Assembly (NCBI GenBank): GCA_040752415.1
Contig: JBFMGU010000005.1
Span: 26,141 to 90,140 of the forward strand
Direction of reading: 5' to 3'
From: Myxococcota bacterium
GTDB lineage: Bacteria; Myxococcota; JACRCW01
Length of the DNA stretch: 64,000 nt
A program made the position numbers and the translations under genes. Under the pieces are notes generated by a model, which saw only the letters and a list, made by a program, of their open reading frames with translations, had not been told where the DNA came from and did no database searches. This document shows, piece by piece, positions 30,305-40,294 of the stretch. How positions within the stretch are numbered: the first letter of the stretch is position 1; each line of letters begins with the position of its first letter.

Positions 30305-33300
30305 TCATTCCGGAGCGGAGTCGTACGAGCTCAGCGGGTTGCCCGTGGGCCCGTCCAGGCCGCCCAGGATGAACAGCGTGCTGAAGAGCCGCTCCGTGGA
30401 GAAGTAGAGCCGGTTGGTGGAGAGGCCGTTGCCGCTCACGGAGTCCTGGGTCAGCAGCAGGTCCGTGCTCTCCCAGTTGGTGGCGTTGGGCACGCCGCCG
30501 CACGGCGGGTCCGGCGAGGTGGGCAGGCAGGCGTTGGAGCGGTCCATGCGCTGGCCACCCGTCTGGATGTTGCCACCCATGACGTAGAGGAAGTTGAAGT
30601 ACAGCAGGCCCTCCACGCCGTACCCGTTGGCGTTGAAGCCGTTGCTGGGGATGGCCACCGGGAGCCACTCCTCCACGCTACCGTCGGTGCGGACGAAGGC
30701 GAGCTCCGCGTAGGGGTTGTTGAGGTCGGGGCTCTGGGCGCTGCCGGCGGGGATGGCCTGCTCCGCGCCGTTCCCGTCCACGCCGCCGCTGCCCGCCACC
30801 GCGAGCAGGTAGATGGCCTCCCCGTCGGTCTCGGCCCAGGGGCCGGTGGGGAAGACCGCCGCAAAGCAGAACTCATCCGCGCCGCTGCAGTCCTCGTCCA
30901 CGCCGTTGCCGCACATGCCGTCGCCGGGCGTGGGGCTCTCGAAGACGCCGGGGTTGATGCTCGCGGAGGTGTCGTCGCAGTCGGTGCCACCGCAGGCGGT
31001 CTTGCGGAAGCCGTCATTGTCCGCGTCGGCGAAGGCGGGGTCGTTGCAGCCGGGGCCCGCGTCAGGCGCCACCACGCCGCCGTCCGGTCCCACCACCACG
31101 CCACCGTCGCCCGGGGCCACGCCGCCGTCGCCGGGGCCGGGGCCCGCGTCGCGACCGGCGCAGTCCGGGTCCGCTCCGTCGGTGAGCCCGTCGCAGTCAT
31201 TGTCCAGCCCGTCGTCACACACCTCGGTGGCGCCGGGGTTGATGGCGCCGTTGCCGTCGTTGCAGTCGGTGCCACCGCAGTCCGCGCTGCGGTAGCCGTC
31301 GCCGTCCACGTCGGGGTTGAGGCAGACGTCATTGGGGGGCGGGTCGGCGCTGGGGGCGCTGCGGGAGCCGGCGTTGGTCACCAGCGCGAAGTTGGCGCGA
31401 GCGCTGATGAGCTCCACCGGCGCATTGTTGAACGTGACCGGGCTCCAGGCCAGGTGCCCGTTGGCGTCGACGGTGGCGTGCTCGATGTCACCGTACGTGG
31501 TGCCTGCGGCGCCGTCGCGGCCGCCCAGCGCGTAGAGGTGCACCTCCGCCAGCGTGGCGCCCAGGACCAGCTTGACCACCTCGTGCCCCTGGCGCGCCAC
31601 GTTCAGCGCGCTGTCGTCGTCGACCGCGAAACGCGAGAGCGCACCGCGCGGGAGCGGCGGCTCTCCGTCGGGCGCGGTCTCGGTGCCGGGGGTGGCGCTC
31701 CCGTCGTCGACCAGCTCCGTGCCCGTCACCTCCGCCACGCGGTAGGCGGTGCGCGCGGCGTCGTTGACGCTGCCCGTGAGCCCGGTGCTGGGGGTGCGAT
31801 AGACGCGGTAGGCGGTGGCGCCGGGAACCGCGGCCCACGTCACCCGCAGCGTGTTCTGCGTGCCCTGCGTCTGCCCCACCACCGCGGGCCCGGCGGGCGC
31901 CTCGTACGTGGTGGCACCGTCGGGGCGGACGGCGGTGATGCGGTAGCCGTAGAAGCCCGCGGGCAGCGCGCCGCCGTCCTGCGCGGAGGCGGAGACACCG
32001 CCGGGGGAAGCCAGCAGCGCGGCACTTCCATCGTCGACAAAGCGCAGCAGGCCGTCCTGACCCGCCACCGCGGTACCCAGCGCGCCCCGGGCCACGAGGC
32101 GCACGCTGCCCGCACCCGCGCCGGGAGCCGGCGAGCGGTACAGGCGGTAGGCCACCGCGCCGGGATAGGCCTCGAACACCACGCCGAGCGCGCCATTGTT
32201 TTCGGCGCGGCCGCGGATGGGACGGGAGGCCAGGCCTTCACCGGCAAAGCGCTCGGCACCACCGGGAAGGACCGCGGCCACCCGGTAGTGGAACACCCCG
32301 TCGGGGAGCTGGCCCTGCCCCGCCGCTTCCACGTGACCCGCGCCGGCCATGGTGGCGGCGGTGAGGATGGTGGCGCGGTCGACGGTGGCGGTGGCCGCGC
32401 CGTTCCCGTCCATGCCGCCAATGGCGTAGACCCAGTTGGACACCGTCACCAGCTGCGCGCCCCGACGCGCCTGCGAAAGCGTGTTGGGCACGCGCGTCCC
32501 GTCGTCGGTGGCGGTCTGGAGCACGGCGAATGGGGCCAGCTTGCCAAATGGCGTCACCGTGGTGCGCTCCACCTCCAGGATGGGCGCCACCGGGTCCGCG
32601 GTGCCCGCGAGCCGACCCTCACCTCCCCCCACCACCAGTGAGCTGCCGCCCACGTCGTCAAACGTCACGGTGCTGTCGTGGCGGCCGCGGGCGTAGGCCA
32701 GTTCCGCGTCGGCGGTGGAAGCGGTGAAGGCGCCCAGCTTGCCCTTCTCATTGGAGTAGATGTGCAGCGAGGCGTATTCGCCGTACTGCCCGTCGGGGTT
32801 GGTGACGCGCACCAGGAAGAAGTCACCCGCGCCAATGCCGCACGGCTCGGCCGCCGCCACGTTGAGCTGGGCCACGAGCTGGGTGGAGACCTGGCCATCC
32901 ACGTTGTCGGTGCTGGTGGCGGGACACAATGTGCCGTCGGGGGCCACCAGGCTGACCTGCGCGCCCTCGACGAAGTCCTCACCGTTCACCGTGAGCGTTC
33001 CCGCGTTGGCGGTGTCCGGACGCGCCGGGGCGATGGAGGTGATGCGCGGCGGCGGGATGTCACGGACCTCCACGGTGCCACGACGCATGCGTGCCCCTCC
33101 GTCGGCGTTCTCGGTGATGAGCCACACGGCGGCCTGCCCGTCCGGGTTCACGAGGAAGACGAAGTAGCGGCCGAGCGCCAACCTCGCGGACTCACTGGGG
33201 AAGACCGCGGTGGCGTTGGTGGACGAGAGCACCGCGGTGTCCGGCGACTCCACCGGCTCCGCGCCCGCCTGGTCCGCCGCCAGGAACTCCACGCTGGCGC

Positions 33301-33949
33301 CGGTGAGGAACCCGGTGCCGGTCAGCGTCAACACGCGGTCGCTGAGCATTCCGTCGTCGGGCTCGCCGCGGAAGGCAAAGCCGGGCGTGACGTCGGTGAG
33401 CGAGGGGGGCGGGGCCACGGTGACGCGGAAGGGATCCGCGAGCGTGGCGGTGTCCGCGCCCTGCACCACGGTGACGGTGTAGAGGCCGTCCGGCCGGGTG
33501 TTGTCGGCGGTGAGCATGACGGTGAGCTGGGTGCCATCGCTGGCGGGCGTGCCGTTGAGCTCGAACTGCCCACCGGTGGGCTGCGGCGTGGCCTGGTGTG
33601 CAAACCGCACCACCGCCCCGTCGACAAACCCGGTGCCGAAGAGGGTCACGAGCACGTCCTCACCGCGATAGGCGGCGCGCGGGGAGATGCTGGTGACGCT
33701 CAGGGCGCCCACCACCGAGCCATCCGGAAGTTGTCCCCCGTCCCCCAAGCCGCCCGAGGAGCTGACCCCCGACGAGCTTCCGCTGGAAGAGGTGGTCCCG
33801 CTTTCCCCGGAGGAGCTGGATGAGCTCGAGGTGGTGGTGGTCTCCTCACCGTTGGTGCCGGGTTGGGTGCAGTTACACCCGTGGACCATGGCCATGGCGG
33901 CCAGACCGGCAACCACGCTTCCACGCGCAGAACGCAGCAATGTGTGCAT
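30305..33949 (-). CDS. Giant surface lipoprotein (IPT/TIG, kelch-like blades, FN3-like modules, MopE-type Cys/Asp repeats), ~1214 aa
   Basis: GGAGGAG RBS before ATG 33949, HGCNC lipobox, TIG-like SISP...GTGF, kelch-like VYAIGG/LYALGG/LYVMGG, DCNDGNGAINPGATEVCDDGLDNDC. Confidence 0.8.
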   Translation of the reverse strand: MHTLLRSARGSVVAGLAAMAMVHGCNCTQPGTNGEETTTTSSSSSSSGESGTTSSSGSSSGVSSSGGLGDGGQLPDGSVVGALSVTSISPRAAYRGEDVLVTLFGTGFVDGAVVRFAHQATPQPTGGQFELNGTPASDGTQLTVMLTADNTRPDGLYTVTVVQGADTATLADPFRVTVAPPPSLTDVTPGFAFRGEPDDGMLSDRVLTLTGTGFLTGASVEFLAADQAGAEPVESPDTAVLSSTNATAVFPSESARLALGRYFVFLVNPDGQAAVWLITENADGGARMRRGTVEVRDIPPPRITSIAPARPDTANAGTLTVNGEDFVEGAQVSLVAPDGTLCPATSTDNVDGQVSTQLVAQLNVAAAEPCGIGAGDFFLVRVTNPDGQYGEYASLHIYSNEKGKLGAFTASTADAELAYARGRHDSTVTFDDVGGSSLVVGGGEGRLAGTADPVAPILEVERTTVTPFGKLAPFAVLQTATDDGTRVPNTLSQARRGAQLVTVSNWVYAIGGMDGNGAATATVDRATILTAATMAGAGHVEAAGQGQLPDGVFHYRVAAVLPGGAERFAGEGLASRPIRGRAENNGALGVVFEAYPGAVAYRLYRSPAPGAGAGSVRLVARGALGTAVAGQDGLLRFVDDGSAALLASPGGVSASAQDGGALPAGFYGYRITAVRPDGATTYEAPAGPAVVGQTQGTQNTLRVTWAAVPGATAYRVYRTPSTGLTGSVNDAARTAYRVAEVTGTELVDDGSATPGTETAPDGEPPLPRGALSRFAVDDDSALNVARQGHEVVKLVLGATLAEVHLYALGGRDGAAGTTYGDIEHATVDANGHLAWSPVTFNNAPVELISARANFALVTNAGSRSAPSADPPPNDVCLNPDVDGDGYRSADCGGTDCNDGNGAINPGATEVCDDGLDNDCDGLTDGADPDCAGRDAGPGPGDGGVAPGDGGVVVGPDGGVVAPDAGPGCNDPAFADADNDGFRKTACGGTDCDDTSASINPGVFESPTPGDGMCGNGVDEDCSGADEFCFAAVFPTGPWAETDGEAIYLLAVAGSGGVDGNGAEQAIPAGSAQSPDLNNPYAELAFVRTDGSVEEWLPVAIPSNGFNANGYGVEGLLYFNFLYVMGGNIQTGGQRMDRSNACLPTSPDPPCGGVPNATNWESTDLLLTQDSVSGNGLSTNRLYFSTERLFSTLFILGGLDGPTGNPLSSYDSAPE

Positions 33950-34064
33950 GAGTCTCCTCCTGGGATTCCAACCGGGCATGGTCATAGTCGGCCCCCCACG
34001 TCGCCGGGCGTCGTGCTCGCAACGGATGGGACCGGGGATCACACTGTGGCCAAAGCCACGTGTC

Positions 34065-37000
34065 TCACTCCGGCGCGCTGTCGTAGGTGCTCAGCGGTTG
34101 CCCCGCCCCGTTCTCGCCACCCAACACGAACAGCGTGCTGAAGATTCTCTCACGGCTGAAGAAGAGGCGCGTGGAGGAGAGGCCGGAGCCGCTCACGGAG
34201 TCCTGCTTGTGCAACAGGTCGTCGCTTTCCCACTGCGCGTCGGCCGGTGCGTCGGAGCACTGCGTGGCCAGCGGGATGGACGCGGGAATGCAGACGCTGG
34301 CGCGGTCCATCTTCTGTCCGCCGGTCTGGACGTTCCCGCCCATGACGTAGAGGAAGTTGAAGTACAGCAGGCCCTCCACGCCGTAGCCGCTGGCGTTGAA
34401 GCCGTTGCTTGGCACCGCCACCTTCAACCAGTCGCCCAGCGTCCCGTCGGGGTGGACGAACACCATCTCACCGTAGGGGCGCGTGGCGTCCGCGTTGTGC
34501 GCCGAGCCTTCCGGAATCACCTGCTCGTTGCCGTTGCCATCCACGCCGTACGCGCCAGCCACCGCCATGAGGAAGACCTCCTCGTTGTTGGTGTCGCCAC
34601 CCACATAGGCCCATTGGCCGGTGGGAATGAACGCGGCAATGCAGGGCACGTCGGTGCCGTCACAGTCCTCGTCGATGCCGTTGCTGCACTGGCCCTGCGC
34701 GGGGTTGGGACTCTCGAACGAGCCGGGGTTGATGAACACGTTCTGGTCGTTGCAGTCGGTGCCGCCGCACTCCGGTCGACGGAACTCGTCGCCATCCTGG
34801 TCCGCAATGGCGGGGTTGGTGCAGTCCACGGGCGGACCGGCGTCGGGTGTGCCGGCGTCGGGGGTGATGCCCGCGTCGGGCGGGACGCCGGCGTCGGGGA
34901 GCTGGCAGACCTCGTCGCCACCCACGCAATCATTGTCCACCCCGTCGCCGCAGACCTCGAGCGCGGCGGGGTTCACGGCGGCGTTGTTGTCGTCGCAGTC
35001 AAAGCCTTGGCACGCCACGCTGCGGAAGCCGTCTCCGTCGAGATCCGGGTTCTGGCACACGTCATTGACGACGGGGTTGGAGGCACACGTCAACGACTCC
35101 CGCGCCGTGGCGTTGGAGAGCAACGCAAAGTGCGCACGCGGTGTGATCATGTCCTTGCCGGCCAGCGGCTCCCAGTCGAGGTGTCCGGTGGCGGAGAGCA
35201 CCGCGTGCTCGAGGTCAGCGAGGGTGGTGCCGGTGGGCCCATCACGACCGCCCGCGACATAGTAGTGGACGGCGTCGACGGTGTTGCCGAGCGGGACGCG
35301 GACGATCTCGAAGCCCATGCGCGCGCTGGTGAGGCTGCTCTGGGAGTCCACCTGGAAGCGCGAGAGCGAGCCACGCGGCAGCGGCGCCTCACCGGTCACT
35401 GGCAGCGTGGTCTGCGGGCTGATGCTTCCGTCGTCGATGAGCTCCGTCCCCGTGACCTCGCCGATCAGCGTGGTGGCGCGCGCAGCGTCGTCGGCGGTGC
35501 TGGGGATGCTGGGGGTTCCGGTGCGGTACACGCGGTAGGCCTGCGCGCCGGGCACCGGCGACCAGGACACACGCAGCGTGAGGTTGGTGCCATCCGCCTG
35601 TCCCACGGCGGCGGGACCCGCAGGGACTTCCACCGTCGAGAGTCCGTCGGAGTGAACAGCGGAGACGCGGTAGCCGTAGAAGCCCAGCGCGAGCGTCCCG
35701 CCAGCCTGCGCCTGCACCGAGACACCACCGGGCGACGCACCCGCCGCCCCCACGCCCGTGTCCGTGTACTGCAGGAGACCGGGCCGACCCGGGACCGCGG
35801 TGCCGAGCGCGCCGTAGTCAATGAGGACGACGCTGCCGGGTCCCGCGCCGGGTGCGGGCGAACGATACACGCGGTAACCCACCGCCTGCGGAAACGCCTC
35901 GAAGACCAGCGTCAGCGCCCCACCCTCGTCGGCGCGGCCGTTCACGGGACGGGAAGCAAGGCCTTCACCGGCGAAGCGCTCACCGGCGTCGGGGAGGATG
36001 GCGGCGATCTTGTAGTGGAAGCGACCCTCCGGCAGGGAGCCCACGCCGTCCTCCGCCACGTAACCCGCGCCCGGCGCAGTGGCCGCCGTGAGCAGCGTGG
36101 CGCGCTCGGTGCTGGTGAGCGCGGTGTTGGTGCCGTCCATGCCACCGACGACGAAGACCCAGTTGCCCGCGGACAGCACCTGCGCGCCGAGGCGGGCCGT
36201 GGTCAGCCGGTTGGGCACGCGCGTTCCATCGTCAGCGGCGGTGTACAAGACCTCGAACGGGGAGAGCTTGCCAAAGGGTGTGATGGTGGCGCGCTCGACC
36301 TCGAGGACGGGTCCCACCGGATCCGCGGAGCCCGCGGGCCGACCCCGGCCACCGGCCACGACGAGCGAAGCGCCGCACACATCGTCAAAATAGACGGCGC
36401 TGTCATGGCGGGAGCGCCCGTACACCAGGCTCTGCGAGGGATCCGACGCCGTGAACTCGCCGAGCTTGCCACTGTCATTGGAGTAGATGTGGAGCGAGGC
36501 AAAGTCGCCGTACTGCCCGTCGCCATTGGTGACCCGCACGAGGAAGAACGTGCCCGCGCCAAGCGAACAGGGCGCGGCGGCGGCGAAGTCCGGCGTGGCG
36601 TGCAGCTCATCCACGTCGACGAACGTGGTGCCCACCACCGGGCACACCGTGCCATCCGCGGCAATCAGGGACACCGTGGCGTCGGAAGAGAAGTCCTGGC
36701 CGTAGACCTTCAGCGGCGGAGGGAAGCCCGGCGCGGGACGACCGGGGTCGATGCCGGTGACACGCGGCGGCGGGATGTTGCGCACCTCCACGGTGCCACG
36801 AACGGTACGCGTGCCGTTGGCGTCGGTGATGGTGACCAGCCAGGAGGCGGCCTGGCCGTCGGGATTGAGCAGCGTGACGAAGTAGCGGCCCAGCGGCATG
36901 CGGGATGACTCGCTGGGGAACACCGTCACGGCGGTGGTGGTGGAGAGCACGCGCGTATCCGGCGACTCGAAAGGCGCGATGCCGGGCTGGTCAAAGGCCA

Positions 37001-37943
37001 CGAACTCGACGGACGCGCCGTCCAGGAAGCCCGTGCCGGTCAGGGTCAGCTCGCGGTCGCTCAGCACACCGTCGGTGAGGTCACCCTTGTACGCGAACGC
37101 GGGATTCACGTTGGTGAGCGTGGGCGGCGGGGACACGGTGACGCGGAAGGCGTCGGGGACCTGCACCGTCTCCGCGCCCTGGGTCACCGTGACGTCGTAG
37201 AGTCCCTCCGCGCGGGAGAGGTCCTGCAGCAGCACCACGGTGAGCTGCGTGCCCTCCGCGTTGGCGGTGCCCACGAGGTCAAAGTCGCCGCCGACGGGGT
37301 CGGGCTCGTCGCGGTGCTCGAAGTGCACGGTGGCGCCCGTCTCCAGCAACGTGCCGAAGATGACCACGGTGGTGTCTTCCCCGCGGTACGCCGCCGACGG
37401 AATCATGCGCGTGGCGGAGAGCACGGGGGGGACATAGGCGTCGGGAACGCCCGCGTCGGTGGGAGCGCCGGAGGAGCCGGTGCCGCCGCTGGACAGGGTT
37501 CCCGACGACGCGCCGCCGCTGCCCGAGCCGCTGGCGCCGGAGGAGCCACCGCTGCCGGAGCCGCTGGCGCCGGAGGAGCCGCTGCTTCCCGATCCGCTGA
37601 CGCCCGAGGACGATCCCCCGCTGCTGACGCCGGAGGAGGAACCGTTGCTGCCGCTGGCTCCCGAGCTGGATGAGCCGTTGCTGCCGCTGGCTCCCGAGCT
37701 GGACGAGCCGTTGCTGCCACTGGCTCCCGAGCTGGACGAGCCGTTGCTGCCGCTGTCTCCCGAGCTGGACGACGAGCCGGAGGCCCCCGACGACGACGAC
37801 GACGACTCTCCTCCCGACGAGGACCCGGATCCCGCCGTGCCGGCGTCCTCATCCTCACCACCCAGGGGACCGCCACCACACTGACAAGCAGACAACGCCA
37901 TCAAGAGCGCCACGGACCACGACGCCGCCGTACGAATTCGCAT
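34065..37943 (-). CDS. Giant surface lipoprotein, paralog of 30305-33949, 1292 aa
   Basis: LSACQC lipobox, long Ser/Gly stalk, and the same domain order with many identical blocks (e.g. YGVEGLLYFNFLYVMGGN). Confidence 0.8.
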   Translation of the reverse strand: MRIRTAASWSVALLMALSACQCGGGPLGGEDEDAGTAGSGSSSGGESSSSSSGASGSSSSSGDSGSNGSSSSGASGSNGSSSSGASGSNGSSSSGASGSNGSSSGVSSGGSSSGVSGSGSSGSSGASGSGSGGSSGASGSGSGGASSGTLSSGGTGSSGAPTDAGVPDAYVPPVLSATRMIPSAAYRGEDTTVVIFGTLLETGATVHFEHRDEPDPVGGDFDLVGTANAEGTQLTVVLLQDLSRAEGLYDVTVTQGAETVQVPDAFRVTVSPPPTLTNVNPAFAYKGDLTDGVLSDRELTLTGTGFLDGASVEFVAFDQPGIAPFESPDTRVLSTTTAVTVFPSESSRMPLGRYFVTLLNPDGQAASWLVTITDANGTRTVRGTVEVRNIPPPRVTGIDPGRPAPGFPPPLKVYGQDFSSDATVSLIAADGTVCPVVGTTFVDVDELHATPDFAAAAPCSLGAGTFFLVRVTNGDGQYGDFASLHIYSNDSGKLGEFTASDPSQSLVYGRSRHDSAVYFDDVCGASLVVAGGRGRPAGSADPVGPVLEVERATITPFGKLSPFEVLYTAADDGTRVPNRLTTARLGAQVLSAGNWVFVVGGMDGTNTALTSTERATLLTAATAPGAGYVAEDGVGSLPEGRFHYKIAAILPDAGERFAGEGLASRPVNGRADEGGALTLVFEAFPQAVGYRVYRSPAPGAGPGSVVLIDYGALGTAVPGRPGLLQYTDTGVGAAGASPGGVSVQAQAGGTLALGFYGYRVSAVHSDGLSTVEVPAGPAAVGQADGTNLTLRVSWSPVPGAQAYRVYRTGTPSIPSTADDAARATTLIGEVTGTELIDDGSISPQTTLPVTGEAPLPRGSLSRFQVDSQSSLTSARMGFEIVRVPLGNTVDAVHYYVAGGRDGPTGTTLADLEHAVLSATGHLDWEPLAGKDMITPRAHFALLSNATARESLTCASNPVVNDVCQNPDLDGDGFRSVACQGFDCDDNNAAVNPAALEVCGDGVDNDCVGGDEVCQLPDAGVPPDAGITPDAGTPDAGPPVDCTNPAIADQDGDEFRRPECGGTDCNDQNVFINPGSFESPNPAQGQCSNGIDEDCDGTDVPCIAAFIPTGQWAYVGGDTNNEEVFLMAVAGAYGVDGNGNEQVIPEGSAHNADATRPYGEMVFVHPDGTLGDWLKVAVPSNGFNASGYGVEGLLYFNFLYVMGGNVQTGGQKMDRASVCIPASIPLATQCSDAPADAQWESDDLLHKQDSVSGSGLSSTRLFFSRERIFSTLFVLGGENGAGQPLSTYDSAPE
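37642..37773. repeat. Intragenic 33-bp tandem repeat, four copies, encoding an 11-aa Ser/Gly unit (SSSGASGSNGS)
   Basis: CCGTTGCTGCCGCTGGCTCCCGAGCTGGACGAG units start at 37642, 37675, 37708 and 37741. Confidence 0.9.
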
Positions 37944-38038
37944 GTCACTCCTCCCGAAGCGCAGGGAGGCTTAGCTCATCCGTCGACGCGGTTCAAAAGG
38001 CGATTCGCAGCGTGTGGGTGTCTGAAGCACCCCGGCAC

Positions 38039-39391
38039 TCAGCTCTTGAGGCCAAATGCCTCGGCGAGCAACTCGGTGTGCAGCGCGCCGCTGCGGAACA
38101 CGTCGGACCCGACCACCCGTTCGTGCAGGCTGATGTTGGTCTTGATGCCCTCGATCTTGAGCTGCTTGAGGGCGCCGAGCATGCGCTCGATGGCCTGGTT
38201 GCGGTCGGTGCCGTGGGTGATGAGCTTCATGACCAGGGAGTCGTAGAACGGGCTCACCACGCTGCCCTGCTCCACGCCGTGGTCGACGCGAATGCCAGGC
38301 CCTTCCGGGATGGTGAGGGCGGTGATGGTGCCGGGCGAGGGAAGGAATCGCTTTTCCGGGTCCTCGGCGCAGATGCGCGCCTCCAGCGCGTGGCCCTGGA
38401 TGCGGAGCGAGGCGGGATCGAACGGCAGCGGCTCACCGCAGGCCACGCGCAGCTGGGCTTCCACCAGGTCCACGCCGAGCACCATCTCCGTGACGGGATG
38501 CTCCACCTGGAGGCGCGCGTTCACCTCGAGGAAGAAGAACTCGCGCGTGTTCCCGTCGACGATGAACTCCACCGTTCCCGCGTTGCGGTACCCGGCGGAC
38601 TCGCCCGCGCGCACCGCGGCTTCCGCCATCTTCAGGCGCATCTCCGGCGTGACCACGGGGCTGGGCGCCTCCTCCAGCACCTTCTGGTGACGACGCTGCA
38701 CGGAGCACTCCCGCTCGAACAGCGCGTGCACCTTGCCGCTCGCGTCGCCGACGATCTGCACCTCCACGTGGCGCGGCCGCTCGATGAGGCGCTCGATGAA
38801 GACGTGGGAGCGACCGAAGAACTGCTCACCCTTCTTGCGCGCGTCGGAGAAGTTCTTGCGCAGGTCCGCTTCCGTCTTGCAGCGGTGCATGCCGATGCCG
38901 CCGCCACCCGCCGACGCCTTGAGCATGACGGGGAAGCCGATCTTGGTGGCCTCCGCCACGGCGTGGTCCTCGCTCTCCAGCACGCCAATGAAGCCGGGCA
39001 CCACGGGAACGCCGGCGCTGGAGACGTTGCGCTTGGCCTCGATCTTGTCACCCAGCTTGTGCATGGCGGAGGGCGGCGGGCCGATGAAGACGAGACCCGC
39101 GTCCATCACCTGCTGCGCGAAGGTGGCGTTCTCCGAGAGGAAGCCGTAGCCGGGATGGATGGCCTCCGCGCCGGTCTGGCGCGCAGCGTCGAGGATGGCC
39201 TGCGCGTTGAGGTAGCTCTCCCGGGGCGGCGGCGGGCCAATGCGCACGGATTCGTCGGCGTCCTTGACGAAGGGCGCGGTGGCGTCGACGTCGGAGTACA
39301 CGGCCACGGTGCGCACGCCCAGCTTCTTGGCGGTGCGGATGACGCGACGGGCAATCTCGCCACGGTTGGCAACCAGGATCTTCTTGAACAT
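38039..39391 (-). CDS. Biotin carboxylase subunit of an acyl-CoA carboxylase (AccC-like, no fused BCCP), 450 aa
   Basis: MFKKILVANRGEIA, HPGYGFLSEN, KASAGGGGIG, ERECSVQRRHQK, EVNARLQVEHPVTE, SPFYDS. Confidence 0.9.
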   Translation of the reverse strand: MFKKILVANRGEIARRVIRTAKKLGVRTVAVYSDVDATAPFVKDADESVRIGPPPPRESYLNAQAILDAARQTGAEAIHPGYGFLSENATFAQQVMDAGLVFIGPPPSAMHKLGDKIEAKRNVSSAGVPVVPGFIGVLESEDHAVAEATKIGFPVMLKASAGGGGIGMHRCKTEADLRKNFSDARKKGEQFFGRSHVFIERLIERPRHVEVQIVGDASGKVHALFERECSVQRRHQKVLEEAPSPVVTPEMRLKMAEAAVRAGESAGYRNAGTVEFIVDGNTREFFFLEVNARLQVEHPVTEMVLGVDLVEAQLRVACGEPLPFDPASLRIQGHALEARICAEDPEKRFLPSPGTITALTIPEGPGIRVDHGVEQGSVVSPFYDSLVMKLITHGTDRNQAIERMLGALKQLKIEGIKTNISLHERVVGSDVFRSGALHTELLAEAFGLKS

Positions 39392-39508
39392 GCGGAACGC
39401 TCCGGAAAAAGGCCGCGTGGTTCTGCTTCTGACAGGGCCGGCGGTCAAGGCGCAGCGTAACGGGGCGCGGAGGGGTATATGGAGCCGCCTTGAATGGAAG
39501 GACCCTGA

Positions 39509-39967
39509 ATGCCCATCACCATCCAGAAACGGTTCCACTGGCACATGGCGCACCGGCTGCCCGACCACGGCGGTCATTGTCGCAACCTGCACGGACACAC
39601 CTACAGCGTGGAGTTGAGCGTGGCGCACGGCGCGGGCGTGCAGTCAGCCGGTCCGCAGCGCGGCATGGTGGCGGACTTCTCCGTGCTCTCCGACGTGGTC
39701 AAGGAAGTGGTGATGGAGCCGCTGGACCACGCGCTGATGTGGTGGGAGGGCGACGCGCTGCTCAGCGAGATTGCCGCGCGCATGGCGAGGGAGACGCCCC
39801 CGCTGAAGATGGTGCGCACGCCGTTCACGACGACGGCCGAGAACATCTGCGCCTACCTTGCGCCCCGGCTGCAGGCCGCGCTGCACGCGCGTGACCCCGT
39901 GCTGACGCTGACGCGGGTGGACGTGTGGGAAACGCAGACCTCGTGCGCCACGTGGACGCCGAGGTGA
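39509..39967 (+). CDS. queD: 6-carboxy-5,6,7,8-tetrahydropterin synthase (QueD/PTPS family), 152 aa
   Basis: AHRL...C.NLHGH, DF, LDH, TTAEN, VWET. Confidence 0.85.
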   Translation: MPITIQKRFHWHMAHRLPDHGGHCRNLHGHTYSVELSVAHGAGVQSAGPQRGMVADFSVLSDVVKEVVMEPLDHALMWWEGDALLSEIAARMARETPPLKMVRTPFTTTAENICAYLAPRLQAALHARDPVLTLTRVDVWETQTSCATWTPR

Positions 39968-40010
39968 CGTCCTGACGCCCGCGAATCCCGAGCGCCGACA
40001 CATGCCGCCT

Positions 40011-40041
40011 TTGACAGGTTACCGCCTTACCCATAGTAAGG
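40011..40041 (+). promoter_or_regulatory. Sigma70-type promoter with an overlapping operator for the first vapBC
   Basis: TTGACA at 40011-40016. Inverted repeat CCTTAC-N5-GTAAGG at 40025-40041 over the -10 region. Confidence 0.65.
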
Positions 40042-40045
40042 AGGC

Positions 40046-40294
40046 ATGTCCAAAGCGACCATGACCTCGAAGAATCAGCTCACGGTCCCCGAGGAGGTGC
40101 GCCGCACGCTTCACCTCGCGCCGGGCGACCGGTTGACGTTTGATTGTGGTGACGACGGACGCGTGGTGGTGACGAAGGATTCCCCCGCCGCTGAGGAATT
40201 GTTCCAGCGCCTCAAGGTTTCCAAGCGTCTCTCCGACCGGGAGCTCCGCGACGCGCGCAAGGAGGCATGGGGGTCGGGGCGTGCGCGCGATTGA
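40046..40294 (+). CDS. vapB: AbrB/MazE-type antitoxin, 82 aa
   Basis: ATMTSKNQLTVPEEVRRTLHLAPGDRLTF. Overlaps the downstream PIN gene. Confidence 0.85.
   Translation: MSKATMTSKNQLTVPEEVRRTLHLAPGDRLTFDCGDDGRVVVTKDSPAAEELFQRLKVSKRLSDRELRDARKEAWGSGRARD

Noticed and set aside
37642..37773. 33-bp repeats as a CRISPR array
   Set aside because: The units are directly adjacent with no spacers, are in frame inside a CDS, and no cas genes are present.
30305..37943. Prophage or tailocin, suggested by FN3-like YRVxAV/WxxVPGAxxYRVYR modules
   Set aside because: Both proteins have lipoprotein signals, and there are no capsid, terminase, baseplate, tube or integrase genes.
39509..39967. queD as part of a 7-deazaguanine DNA-modification (dpd) island
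   Set aside because: No dpdA/tgt, queC, queE or folE neighbours, so it is probably housekeeping.
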